A DNA stretch of 64,000 bases from Candidatus Onthoplasma sp. Lineage in GTDB: Bacteria > Bacillota > Clostridia > Christensenellales > UBA1242. Shown here piece after piece: positions 8,571 to 17,867 of this stretch. The stretch's first letter is position 1. Each line of letters begins with the position of its first letter. Under the pieces are notes generated by a model. That model was not told where the DNA came from, did no database searches, and was given only the letters and a program-made list of their open reading frames with translations. The DNA lies in assembly GCA_045633705.1 (NCBI GenBank), contig JAZQYV010000012.1:18057-82056 (forward strand), in the 5' to 3' direction. The translations under genes and the position numbers were made by a program.

Positions 8571-8669
8571 TTGTCCACAATTTATGCACTTTGTGTCACA
8601 CCTTAAAAACATCTATTTTGAAGGTGTTTAAAAAAGTTATCCACCGAGTTATCCACCAAATGTGGATAA
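8571..8669. promoter_or_regulatory. DnaA-box cluster overlapping a terminator hairpin
   Basis: TTGTCCACA (8571), TTATCCACC (8637), TTATCCACC (8649) and TGTGGATAA (8661). The last three form a GTTATCCAC/GTGGATAAC hairpin followed by a T-run. Confidence 0.5.
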
Positions 8670-8774
8670 CTTTTTGTTTTTTATGCACATAATTTTACAC
8701 TCCATAATACCTGCATTTTCGCTTTGACTTTATGCGATTTATATGTTATACTCAAATGTACTTAAGGAGATTTT

Positions 8775-9758
8775 ATGAACAAACAAATTGACAATATATT
8801 GCAGAAATGTGAGTCAGTTGCTATCATAGGGCATATAAATCCTGATGGAGATTGCTTTGGCTCTATTAGTGGGGTATATGATTATGTACTGGAAAATTTT
8901 CATATCCAAACTGTACACTGCTTTAGCCAATGCGAAAAAATTGCTGAAGAGTTTGAGGTTTTTGTTAAAGATTTAAATTTCAACCCTCAACCTTTAAATA
9001 AATATGACCTATGCATTTGCGTAGACTGCGCCGACCTAGGTAGACTTGGAAAATATGTTGATGTATTTAATAATTCCAACTACACAATCTGTATTGACCA
9101 CCACGCAACCAATGTTGGATATGCCAACATCGATATTATTACAGATGCTTCTTCAAACTGTGAAAACATATATTATCTACTAAAAAATAATGGTTACAAC
9201 TTTAAAAAATCAACTCTTGGAAAACTTTGCGCTGGTATGATTACTGACACCAACAACCTTTCAACCGAAGCCGTAACCGAGCAAACATATTCAGCTTTTG
9301 CAGATATGAAAATGGCTGGTGTTGATGTGTTTAAAATTCGAAATTACTTTTTTGGCGGAAACACAATGGTTCAATACAGACTACTATCAATGGCAATGGA
9401 AAGCGCAACATTCTATCACAACAATACAATATTAGTTATGAGTGTTAGTCGTGAACAGATGGAAAGCGTTGGTGCAACGCACGAGGATTTTAGCCCAATA
9501 ATCAATCAGGCATTTAAAGCAAAAGACGCATTATGTGCCTTACTTATCAGTCCACAAAATGAACAAATACACGTAAGCTTTAGAGCAAAAAAAGGGATTG
9601 ATGTGAGCATATTGGCTCAACACTTTGGAGGTGGTGGCCATAAACCTGCCGCCGCATTTACACGAGATACCTTTACAAAAGAAGATTTGGCATATACAAT
9701 CAATCACTTAAAAACCCAAATAAATAATTTACCAAAAATCGAAGAAAATATATTTTAA
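8775..9758 (+). CDS. nrnA: DHH/DHHA1 phosphoesterase, NrnA-like oligoribonuclease/pAp phosphatase
   Basis: Motifs GHINPDGDCFGS, IDHHATN (DHH) and GGGGHKPAAAF (DHHA1). Confidence 0.85.
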   Translation: MNKQIDNILQKCESVAIIGHINPDGDCFGSISGVYDYVLENFHIQTVHCFSQCEKIAEEFEVFVKDLNFNPQPLNKYDLCICVDCADLGRLGKYVDVFNNSNYTICIDHHATNVGYANIDIITDASSNCENIYYLLKNNGYNFKKSTLGKLCAGMITDTNNLSTEAVTEQTYSAFADMKMAGVDVFKIRNYFFGGNTMVQYRLLSMAMESATFYHNNTILVMSVSREQMESVGATHEDFSPIINQAFKAKDALCALLISPQNEQIHVSFRAKKGIDVSILAQHFGGGGHKPAAAFTRDTFTKEDLAYTINHLKTQINNLPKIEENIF

Positions 9759-9830
9759 AAAAATATTAGAAAATTAATACCCTAAATACTTAGATCGCAA
9801 ACAAAAATATTAAGAATGTTGTTTATAAAT

Positions 9831-9859
9831 AAAAAATAGAGGCAAACCCTCTATTTTTT
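9831..9859. terminator. bidirectional terminator
   Basis: AAAAAATAGAGG-CAAA-CCCTCTATTTTTT between convergent genes. Confidence 0.75.
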
Positions 9860-9897
9860 AGCATTTTAAACATATTTTATTATTTTAAATTAAATAA

Positions 9898-11052
9898 TTA
9901 ATTTTGAATAAAATCGTCTAATATTTCATGGAAATTATCCATAAACGTTGGTTCTTTAATTTGCTCGTCAGCAATCACTTTTATTGTTGAATATATTTGA
10001 TTGTTTATAACAATTTCAATATATCCCAACTCTTGCCCCATATCACATTTTGATACACTTGTTGGCAAGTATACATTTACCGAATATTCCGGGGTTTCAC
10101 CCTTTGCGGTCAACACACTACACACTCCTTCAATTTTTGTTTTTAACTTTCTTTCGCCTTTATATGAAATATTTACCAAATCTTCAACATCGATGTTGTG
10201 GTTTTCATAATTTGCAAAGCCGTAATTTAATAGATCACTTGCACTTTTAAATCTTTCCTTGGTTGTATTTGCTCCCAATACAACCGATATCAAGCTTAAA
10301 CCATTTCGCTTGGCCCCTACAGCCAAGCAATAACCCGCTTCGCTGGTAGAGCCAGTTTTCCCACCAATACACCCCTCATAATATCTTGACAAACGATTAG
10401 TATTTGTCATTTCAGTTGTGCGACCGCTTGGGTGCTGAAAATCTTCTAACCACACGCTTGAATACTCGTGATACTTTTCATAGCTTAAAACATTTTTTAA
10501 TATTTTTGCAACATCTATCGCGCAAGAATATTGATTTTGTGCTGGTAGTCCCGTACAGTTAACGTAGTTTGTATTACACAACCCCATTTCTTTAGCGCGA
10601 TTATTCATTTTATCCACGAAAACACTTTCACTTCCTGAAATATGTTCAGCCAGCGCTACTGACGAGTCATTTGCACTGCAAACAATTACACTTTTTAGCA
10701 ATTCCTCTAAATTATATTCACAGTTTGCATCTAAAAATATTTGCGATCCACCCATGCCAGAGGCATTTTCGCTAACCATAACATTATCATCTAAAGAAAT
10801 CGCACCCGATTGAATATGCTCAAGTGTAAGCATAATTGTCATAAGTTTTACAATACTGGCAACAGGCATTCGCTCGGTTGAATTGTTATCGTAAAGCACT
10901 TGATTTGAGTCCATATCAATCAAAACACCTGCCCTTGTATTAACCTCCGGCCTATATTCGCTAGCATACGTTGCACCCAAATTAAAACCTAAACCCAATA
11001 ACATGGTAAAGCTCAAACTTATACACAGTGTTAAATTTATTAATCTTTTCAT
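9898..11052 (-). CDS. D-alanyl-D-alanine carboxypeptidase (S11, PBP5-type)
   Basis: Signal peptide, SxxK (ASIVK), SxN (SAND) and KTG (GKTGST) motifs, plus a C-terminal PBP5_C-like domain. Confidence 0.85.
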   Translation of the reverse strand: MKRLINLTLCISLSFTMLLGLGFNLGATYASEYRPEVNTRAGVLIDMDSNQVLYDNNSTERMPVASIVKLMTIMLTLEHIQSGAISLDDNVMVSENASGMGGSQIFLDANCEYNLEELLKSVIVCSANDSSVALAEHISGSESVFVDKMNNRAKEMGLCNTNYVNCTGLPAQNQYSCAIDVAKILKNVLSYEKYHEYSSVWLEDFQHPSGRTTEMTNTNRLSRYYEGCIGGKTGSTSEAGYCLAVGAKRNGLSLISVVLGANTTKERFKSASDLLNYGFANYENHNIDVEDLVNISYKGERKLKTKIEGVCSVLTAKGETPEYSVNVYLPTSVSKCDMGQELGYIEIVINNQIYSTIKVIADEQIKEPTFMDNFHEILDDFIQN

Positions 11053-11307
11053 ATTTCACCTCAAAAGTATTATTTGTACATGTAAAAATTTTATTTATAA
11101 TTGTAAAAATTTTATACCTTAGGGTTCAAAATCCAACTTTTGGGCAAAACTTTATTATGTTAATTAATATTTTAATGGTGCTGATTAAATAAAATTTTGT
11201 AAAAACTATTGATTAAATTTAAAAAATATGTTATTATATACGCGTATGTGAAAACCATACCTTGTCTTAAAGCAAATTTAAGACCAATAGTCCAAAAGGA
11301 GGTTAAT

Positions 11308-11589
11308 ATGAACAAGTACGAACTTATGTACATTTTAGTTAATAATGGCAACGACGAAGAACGTGAAGCTATGATTGAAAAAGTTAATGCCCTTATCACT
11401 AAAAATGGTGGAGCTGTTGAAAGTGTTGAAAAAATCGGCGTTAAGAAATTAGCTTACGAAATCAACAAGAAACACGACGGTTACTATGTTTTAGTTAATT
11501 TTGAAGCTGAAGCTAGTGTACCAGCAACTGTTACAAGCACACTAAGAATTACTGAAAACGTATTGCGCTATATTGTAGTTGCAAAATAG
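11308..11589 (+). CDS. rpsF: 30S ribosomal protein S6
   Basis: MNKYELMYIL start preceded by AAAGGAGG. The track's upstream extension (11209) was rejected. Confidence 0.95.
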   Translation: MNKYELMYILVNNGNDEEREAMIEKVNALITKNGGAVESVEKIGVKKLAYEINKKHDGYYVLVNFEAEASVPATVTSTLRITENVLRYIVVAK

Positions 11590-11609
11590 TTTGCTAAAAG
11601 GAGCAATTT

Positions 11610-12020
11610 ATGAACAAAGTATTTTTAATTGGAAATCTTACTAGAGATCCAGAATTATCTACCACAAACTCAGGTATTTCTGTTTGCAGAATATCTATTG
11701 CGGTATCTCGTCGTTTTGCAAACGCTGACGGCTCAAGAGAAACAGATTTCTTTAACGTTGTAGCTTGGAGAGCTATTGCTGAAAATTGTGCCAAGTATTT
11801 AAAAAAGGGTAGCAAAATTGCCGTTATGGGCAGTATTCAAAACCATTCTTACGATGCACAAGACGGTTCAAAGCGTTATACCACTGACATAACAGCCGAA
11901 GAAATCGAATTTTTATCAACAAAAGGTGATGCATCTACTGAAAACGGAATGGTTGGTCAACCAGCACCTGACACCGGTTTGCAACCAATTGATGACGATG
12001 ACAACACTTTACCATTTTAA
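11610..12020 (+). CDS. ssb: single-stranded DNA-binding protein
   Basis: OB fold with MNKVFLIGNLTRDPEL start and an acidic tip DDDDNTLPF. Confidence 0.95.
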   Translation: MNKVFLIGNLTRDPELSTTNSGISVCRISIAVSRRFANADGSRETDFFNVVAWRAIAENCAKYLKKGSKIAVMGSIQNHSYDAQDGSKRYTTDITAEEIEFLSTKGDASTENGMVGQPAPDTGLQPIDDDDNTLPF

Positions 12021-12036
12021 TTAAAAGGAGTACATT

Positions 12037-12345
12037 ATGAGTGAAGAATTACAAAATGTAACTGCAGAAGAAGTTGTTGCTGAAGCTCCTGCTCAAGCAC
12101 AAGCTCCTGTAGATAAGAAAAAATATTTCAAGCACAAGAACAAGAAAAAAGTTTGCTTATTCTGCGAAAACAAAGATAAAGCTATTGATTATAAAGATAT
12201 AGCTACTCTTAAAAAGTTTGTAACAGAAAAGGGTAAAATTTTACCTTCTCGTCAAACTGGAACTTGCCCTAAACATCAACGTGCAATTACTGTTGCTGTT
12301 AAGCGTGCTAGAAACATTGCATTGTTACCTTTCAAAGGTGAGTAA
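12037..12345 (+). CDS. rpsR: 30S ribosomal protein S18 (with N-terminal extension)
   Basis: Conserved core CLFCENK...[14 protein letters not shown]. About 25 aa of acidic/Ala-rich extension sit at the N-terminus. Confidence 0.93.
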   Translation: MSEELQNVTAEEVVAEAPAQAQAPVDKKKYFKHKNKKKVCLFCENKDKAIDYKDIATLKKFVTEKGKILPSRQTGTCPKHQRAITVAVKRARNIALLPFKGE

Positions 12346-12350
12346 AATTA

Positions 12351-12383
12351 GAAACACATTGATTGATTTCAATGTGTTTTTTC
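12351..12383 (+). terminator. rpsF-ssb-rpsR operon terminator
   Basis: AAACACATT...AATGTGTTT hairpin followed by a T-run. Confidence 0.75.
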
Positions 12384-12452
12384 TTGACAAAATTAGCTTT
12401 TTAAGATAATAATATTATTATATAATCATTAAACACACTATATAATAAAGGA

Positions 12453-13742
12453 ATGGCTATGTTTGAAAATATTGTTGCAAAATTTAAACAACACCCAGTT
12501 ATGTTTATGAATGCTTTGTTTACATTTTTTTGCGCAATAAATCCATTGTCTAGCGGGGCAAAAACCATATGGCTTTTATCCTGGTTTGCAGTTCCTTTAG
12601 CTTTACCGACAAGAGTAGCCTTTCCGTGCATTATGTATATGTCCTTGTATATGCAGTTGGTAAATGTTATTGAATTATTTACAATATTAGTGTGTTTGTC
12701 ATTTACGATAATATTAATAAAACAAATTATTTATTTAAATAAAAATAAATTATTAAATAAATACTCTAAAATATTATTTTATTATTTATTATTGCTTGTT
12801 ATTCCGCTATTTTATAGCATTTTTATTAACAATAAGTTGTCGGTACAATTTATTTATTATTTAAATATGATTAATATTTTATTATTAATTTATTTAAATA
12901 AAAATTTATTAAATAAACAATTAATTTTAATGTATTCATACGGCATTATAGTTTCTAGTTCATTATCAATATTATTGTACTTTGCGGGTCTGCATTATTT
13001 CCCTTTTTATGGAGGCGCTAGATTTACGGCTTATTTACCACTATGCAACACATTGGGCGCTGTGTGTGTATTATGCATTGCTTTAATATATATGTTGATT
13101 GCAAATAATAAAATAAGGCTGCGCCAAGGCGTTGCATTAATAAGCTTACTATCGCTAATTGGTATGATTACTTTTTCAAAAAACTTTTTTATAACTTATG
13201 TAATCGTAATGTTGGTAATTTTATTTAATACATTTAAGGGCTCTAAACACAAAAAGAGACTTATTGTTTTTTCTTTAATGACAATGCTATTGTTAAGTCC
13301 AGTTGTGCTAATCTATTTAATAAAGATGTTTGACAGATTTTTTGTTGAGCATAACTATTATGCTAACATAATTGATACACTTACAACAGGTAGGTTAGAT
13401 AAATGGATAATTTACCTAACCCCATTTGTTAGTAGTATTCCTTCAATATTATTTGGTGTTGGAATATGCTATAAATATCCCACAATGTATTCTAGTCACA
13501 GTATTTATGTTGGGTATTTGTCTCGTATGGGTATTTGGGGATTTATTCTGCTTAGCTGCTTTGTTTACTTGATTATTCGAAATCAGATTAAACATAAAGC
13601 TAAATTTAAATATCTGCCTTTAATAATTTTGGCCATTATTTGTTGCGCTGAAGATATTTCATTTAACACATTTTATTTTATTCCTTTTATTTTGGCGTGT
13701 TGCACTTGTCTAGATCGAAGGGCCAATATTACAGTAGGCTAA
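12453..13742 (+). CDS. O-antigen ligase-like (Wzy_C) polytopic membrane protein
   Basis: More than 10 predicted TM segments. The SSHSIYVGYLSRMGIWGF motif resembles the Wzy_C H-N-x-x-L...G-x-x-G loop. Confidence 0.55.
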   Translation: MAMFENIVAKFKQHPVMFMNALFTFFCAINPLSSGAKTIWLLSWFAVPLALPTRVAFPCIMYMSLYMQLVNVIELFTILVCLSFTIILIKQIIYLNKNKLLNKYSKILFYYLLLLVIPLFYSIFINNKLSVQFIYYLNMINILLLIYLNKNLLNKQLILMYSYGIIVSSSLSILLYFAGLHYFPFYGGARFTAYLPLCNTLGAVCVLCIALIYMLIANNKIRLRQGVALISLLSLIGMITFSKNFFITYVIVMLVILFNTFKGSKHKKRLIVFSLMTMLLLSPVVLIYLIKMFDRFFVEHNYYANIIDTLTTGRLDKWIIYLTPFVSSIPSILFGVGICYKYPTMYSSHSIYVGYLSRMGIWGFILLSCFVYLIIRNQIKHKAKFKYLPLIILAIICCAEDISFNTFYFIPFILACCTCLDRRANITVG

Positions 13743-13838
13743 AATAAATGGCTGTTAAATTATATAAATAATTATTAATGTTTGACTATTAGCTTATTGA
13801 TATGTTATTATAATTGTATTATTTACAAAGGATTTTTT

Positions 13839-15176
13839 ATGATTTTAAACAAGATTAAAAACAATATGCTTTATATTATGCTTGCACTACTTGTTGTGTT
13901 TGCAAGTCTTGCACATTTAAGCGTTGTATTTCAAGTATTTCTTTATGCCTTAGTGATTTGTGCCCCCATAATTTTAGACGACACAAAAACTATTTCTCTG
14001 TATGTATTTGCTGGCTGCTTTGCGGCTTGTTTTGGTCCTTCGGGATTTTTGGTGGCATTAAATGTTTCGTTACTTTTGTTTGAAACCAAAAAGGTTATAC
14101 ATGCAATAAGGCATAAAGACGAAAATGTTAAGAATATCAAGTTAGTTCTTATTGTTTGGGTATCAATATTAACGGTGTTTACATTATATAGTTTGTTATA
14201 TAACAAATTTAAAGTGTACCGCATGGGAATGTTTTTAGATTTTATACAATGCTGTTTCACCTTTTACTTAGTTCACGATAAAATAAATTTAAAACATATT
14301 TTATTAACCATGAGTGCCGGAATACTTACTTCGGTTTTGGTGGGCGGCTGTTTTGAAATATTAAAAATAAATGCGGACACTGTTAGAGGTGCGCTAGGCG
14401 CAAGATTTGGAGCGTTTTTCAATAATGTTAACGCTTTAAGCGTGTTCTGCACCACTTGTGCATCATGTCTTGTGGCCTTATTATTAACAAAGCGCTTGGA
14501 ATTTAAAAAATATTGTTGGCTTCCTTTTGTTGTTTCTTCGGTTGGATTTTTAACAATGTCAAAAATATTTTTATTGATGACCGTATTAATATACTGCTCT
14601 TGGTTTGGATTATCATTTATTAAATCAAAGCGCAAAAAAAATTACATTTGGTACACATTAATAATTATTATTTGCGTAACAGCGCTAATTTTTATATTTA
14701 GAGATTATATAGGCAAAATATTAGACAGATTTACCAGTTCGTCATCATCTTCTAAAATTGATGCAATAACAACCAACAGAACCCCAATATGGAAAGCTTA
14801 TTTAAAGCGTTGGTTAGAAACTCCAATTACATTCCTGTTTGGCAACGGGTACACAGCAATAAAAATACCAACCAACCAATACGAGCATAGTATTTATCTT
14901 GCATTCTTATTCCAATTTGGCATTATTGGCTCTGCAATTATTATTGGCGCTTTGATATGGACGCTTAGAAAAGCAAAATTTTCAAGAAATATTGCAAACT
15001 ATATCCCAGTTGGATTATTGTTAATCAATGGAATGGTTTCAAACCTTTCAGGCGTGTTATGTCCTTGCTTAACATGGCTGCTAGCCTTTTGTTTTGTGGT
15101 TAGTGGGCAAGACAAACTTCAAAATATTGAATTAAACAGCGTAAACAAAACAAAAGGAGAAGATAATGATAAATAA
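13839..15176 (+). CDS. O-antigen ligase-like (Wzy_C) polytopic membrane protein
   Basis: Start set to the in-frame ATG at 13839. Carries the QYEHSIYLAFLFQFGIIGS motif and many TM segments. Confidence 0.6.
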   Translation: MILNKIKNNMLYIMLALLVVFASLAHLSVVFQVFLYALVICAPIILDDTKTISLYVFAGCFAACFGPSGFLVALNVSLLLFETKKVIHAIRHKDENVKNIKLVLIVWVSILTVFTLYSLLYNKFKVYRMGMFLDFIQCCFTFYLVHDKINLKHILLTMSAGILTSVLVGGCFEILKINADTVRGALGARFGAFFNNVNALSVFCTTCASCLVALLLTKRLEFKKYCWLPFVVSSVGFLTMSKIFLLMTVLIYCSWFGLSFIKSKRKKNYIWYTLIIIICVTALIFIFRDYIGKILDRFTSSSSSSKIDAITTNRTPIWKAYLKRWLETPITFLFGNGYTAIKIPTNQYEHSIYLAFLFQFGIIGSAIIIGALIWTLRKAKFSRNIANYIPVGLLLINGMVSNLSGVLCPCLTWLLAFCFVVSGQDKLQNIELNSVNKTKGEDNDK

Positions 15177-15918
15177 AATAGACTATAAAATTGCAGAATT
15201 TTTTCATAAAATTTACTTGTGGGGCGGACAATTCACCAATAAAGGTATGGAAGTTATCAGCCTCGTTGCCGAGGCGGGAATATTGTTTTTGATTATAGGA
15301 TTTGTGCTTGCATTATTTAAGCGCACTCGTAAAATTGGTGGAACAATATTACTATCAGTTGCAATAGGATTTGTAATTACAAATGTGATATTAAAGCCAA
15401 TAATTGCTCGAGCTAGACCTTTTTCAGGGCTTGGAACTGATTATTATAAATGGTGGCTAGATGCGGGCAGCGCTCGAGAAAGCGGTTATTCATTTCCTTC
15501 TGGGCACACAACTGCAACAACAGCTTTTGCCGTGGCAATATTCTTAACCACAAACAAAAATCGTAGTTGGCCTATTTTGTTCTTACCTTTTGTTATGGCA
15601 AGTAGCAGAATATATTTGATGGTTCATTATTTTAGTGATTGCATGGGAGCAATTGCCGTAGGAACAACAGCTGCAGTTATAGCTTGGTTAGTCATGTTGT
15701 TTGTATACAAGAGTAAAATTAAATTTTTCGTATGGGCAAGGGAGCTGGTTGTTTTTAAACCATATAATAAAAACAAATCAAAACTAGTCGAAGACAAATC
15801 AATTCAAACTGATAAAGAGGTGGGCACGCCCCAAGCTGACTATGTATACACAAGTCAAGCAGATGAACAATCCACAAAGAATACACTAGAAAGCACTGCT
15901 GAAAACAAAAATGAATAA
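15166..15918 (+). CDS. PAP2 family phosphatase (undecaprenyl-diphosphatase/BcrC-like)
   Basis: Carries KX6RP (KPIIARARP), PSGH and SRX5HX3D (SRIYLMVHYFSD). Its start overlaps the upstream stop. Confidence 0.8.
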   Translation: MINKIDYKIAEFFHKIYLWGGQFTNKGMEVISLVAEAGILFLIIGFVLALFKRTRKIGGTILLSVAIGFVITNVILKPIIARARPFSGLGTDYYKWWLDAGSARESGYSFPSGHTTATTAFAVAIFLTTNKNRSWPILFLPFVMASSRIYLMVHYFSDCMGAIAVGTTAAVIAWLVMLFVYKSKIKFFVWARELVVFKPYNKNKSKLVEDKSIQTDKEVGTPQADYVYTSQADEQSTKNTLESTAENKNE

Positions 15919-15930
15919 TTTATAAAATTT

Positions 15931-15955
15931 AAAACCCGAAAAGGGTTTTTATTTT
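15931..15955 (+). terminator. intrinsic terminator
   Basis: AAAACCCGAAAAGGGTTTTTATTTT. Confidence 0.75.
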
Positions 15956-16008
15956 ATTCCTTTGACATTTAAATTTTAATTTTATATACTCGTATTAAGG
16001 AAGGAATT

Positions 16009-17112
16009 ATGAATATTGAAAACATTGAACAGGAAATTGGTGAATTGATTGAAAAGTTTGAGCTAACAAAATCTTGTCTTAATTTAAAAGAGCTATCTAA
16101 TAGACTTGCATCTTTGCTAAAAGAAAGAGAGTCGTTGTCATTTTGGTCACACGTTGAGTCGGCAATGAAAACAAACAAAGAAATCAAAAGTTTGCAAAGT
16201 CTGTTTGACAACGTAAATAGTATTCAAAAACGTCTTGCTGGATTAAACGAACTTCAGCAAATTTTAAATGAAAGCCAGGACTTTTCTGGTTTAGACGACG
16301 TATATTGTGAGGTTGTAGCACTTGCCGAAGATATTGACAATTTAAATATTCGTACACTTTTAGATGGCAAGTATGATGAGTGCAATGCTGTTATTAGCAT
16401 TCATTCAGGCGCAGGCGGAACAGAATCTCAAGACTGGGTTAGTATGTTATTTAGAATGTATAACATGTATTGCTCTAATAACAATTTAGACCTAACCATT
16501 GTTGATAGTGTTGATGGCGGAGGTGTTGGGCTTAAAAGTATAACTTTTGTTGTGAAGGGAGAATATGCATATGGTAAACTCCAAGGCGAAAAGGGGGTTC
16601 ATCGTTTAGTTAGAATTTCTCCTTTTGACGCATCAAAGCGTAGGCACACTACTTTTGCAAGTGTGGAAGTTTCACCTGAAATAATATCTGACAATGAAAT
16701 CGTTATTAACAATGAAGATTTAAAAATTGACACTTATCGTAGTTCCGGAGCGGGTGGTCAGCATGTAAATACTACCGATTCAGCGGTAAGAATTACACAT
16801 TTGCCAAGTGGAATTGTGGTTACCTGTCAAAACGAACGCAGTCAACTTCAAAATCGTGAAAATGCTTTAAAAATATTAAAAAGCAAGATCATGGCACTAA
16901 AAATTGAGCAAGATCAATCACAAATGAAAGAAATTAAGGGAGAACTTAAAAAGATTGAATGGGGCAGCCAAATTAGAAGTTATATATTCCAGCCATACAC
17001 AATGGTTAAAGACCATCGCACCGAATACGAAACCAGCGATGTTGATAGCGTAATCGATGGCGAGCTACAACCTTTAATTAATGAATATCTTAAAAAATCA
17101 CATACCACTTAG
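16009..17112 (+). CDS. prfB: peptide chain release factor 2, encoded in a single frame
   Basis: Carries the SPF and GGQ motifs. It is a continuous 367-aa ORF. The usual CTT TGA C shift site is replaced by CTT AAT TTA. Confidence 0.95.
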   Translation: MNIENIEQEIGELIEKFELTKSCLNLKELSNRLASLLKERESLSFWSHVESAMKTNKEIKSLQSLFDNVNSIQKRLAGLNELQQILNESQDFSGLDDVYCEVVALAEDIDNLNIRTLLDGKYDECNAVISIHSGAGGTESQDWVSMLFRMYNMYCSNNNLDLTIVDSVDGGGVGLKSITFVVKGEYAYGKLQGEKGVHRLVRISPFDASKRRHTTFASVEVSPEIISDNEIVINNEDLKIDTYRSSGAGGQHVNTTDSAVRITHLPSGIVVTCQNERSQLQNRENALKILKSKIMALKIEQDQSQMKEIKGELKKIEWGSQIRSYIFQPYTMVKDHRTEYETSDVDSVIDGELQPLINEYLKKSHTT

Positions 17113-17150
17113 ACAAATCGCCCATTATAGTTTAAAATATTTTAATTAAC

Positions 17151-17183
17151 AAAAAAATTCACCAGTTGTTGGTGAATTTTTAT
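17151..17183. terminator. bidirectional terminator
   Basis: AAAAAAATTCACCA-GTTG-TTGGTGAATTTTT. Confidence 0.75.
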
Positions 17184-17186
17184 TTA

Positions 17187-17765
17187 CTAATCTTCTTTTG
17201 GTGGTTGCATTGGTGGACGTTGCATTGCTCTTTGTACTGGCTGCGCTGGACGTGCCATTGATTGTGATTGAGCTGCCCTTTGCGCCATTATAGCTTGTTG
17301 AGACATGCCGGCGCTATATTCGCCGTTTAAAGCTCCGCTTGTTGCCCCCTTAAAAGCTTCGGATTTTGACTTATGTTTTCTTATCAATTCTCCACGACAA
17401 GCTATTTTAAACTTTTCAATATCTACAACAGAATATCCACTTGTAGTACTGTCGATTGCTAAACGATAAAATTCTTGATAAAGTTTTGCAGAATTTAGTG
17501 TGCAAAGCAATCCATTATACGCTTCTTTTGCTCTTTGAATATATTGTGGATTATTTTTAACCTCTGTACCATTTAGCGCAACCACATCTAAACAATTAAA
17601 AGCATTTTCTAAACTTTCTTTTTTGGCCTCATAGTTTTTATCGTACATAACCACATCTCTATCCAGCAAATCAATAATATTGTTACGAGTAAGATATAAT
17701 ATTACTACTGCAAATATAGCAATAACAATACCTGCAACACCTCCCCACATAGCAATTTTTTCCAT
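17187..17765 (-). CDS. hypothetical membrane-anchored protein with Q/P/A-rich C-terminus
   Basis: One N-terminal TM helix and a low-complexity tail QRAAQSQSMARPAQPVQRAMQRPPMQPP. Confidence 0.5.
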   Translation of the reverse strand: MEKIAMWGGVAGIVIAIFAVVILYLTRNNIIDLLDRDVVMYDKNYEAKKESLENAFNCLDVVALNGTEVKNNPQYIQRAKEAYNGLLCTLNSAKLYQEFYRLAIDSTTSGYSVVDIEKFKIACRGELIRKHKSKSEAFKGATSGALNGEYSAGMSQQAIMAQRAAQSQSMARPAQPVQRAMQRPPMQPPKED

Positions 17766-17867
17766 AATTAATCCCCCTATTATTTTAAATAAAACTTTTT
17801 GATATATTTAGTATATCACAAAGCAAGTTCAAAATTCAAACATTTTATATACTTTTGGCAATATATT

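Noticed and set aside
11081-11115. Direct repeat TGTAAAAATTTTAT x2 (21-bp period) upstream of the carboxypeptidase gene, as a regulator binding site.
   Set aside because: It is a low-complexity AT sequence with no partner regulator nearby, so it cannot be distinguished from chance by eye.
11209-11307. Upstream extension of rpsF in the track (126 aa).
   Set aside because: The conserved S6 N-terminus begins at the ATG at 11308, directly after AAAGGAGG. The extension has no support.
14634-14641. A8 homopolymer inside the second Wzy-like gene (and an A8 run near the lepB N-terminus) as phase-variation switches.
   Set aside because: Runs of this length are common in such AT-rich DNA. The tracts are mid-gene Lys codons, and there is no evidence of length heterogeneity from a single sequence.
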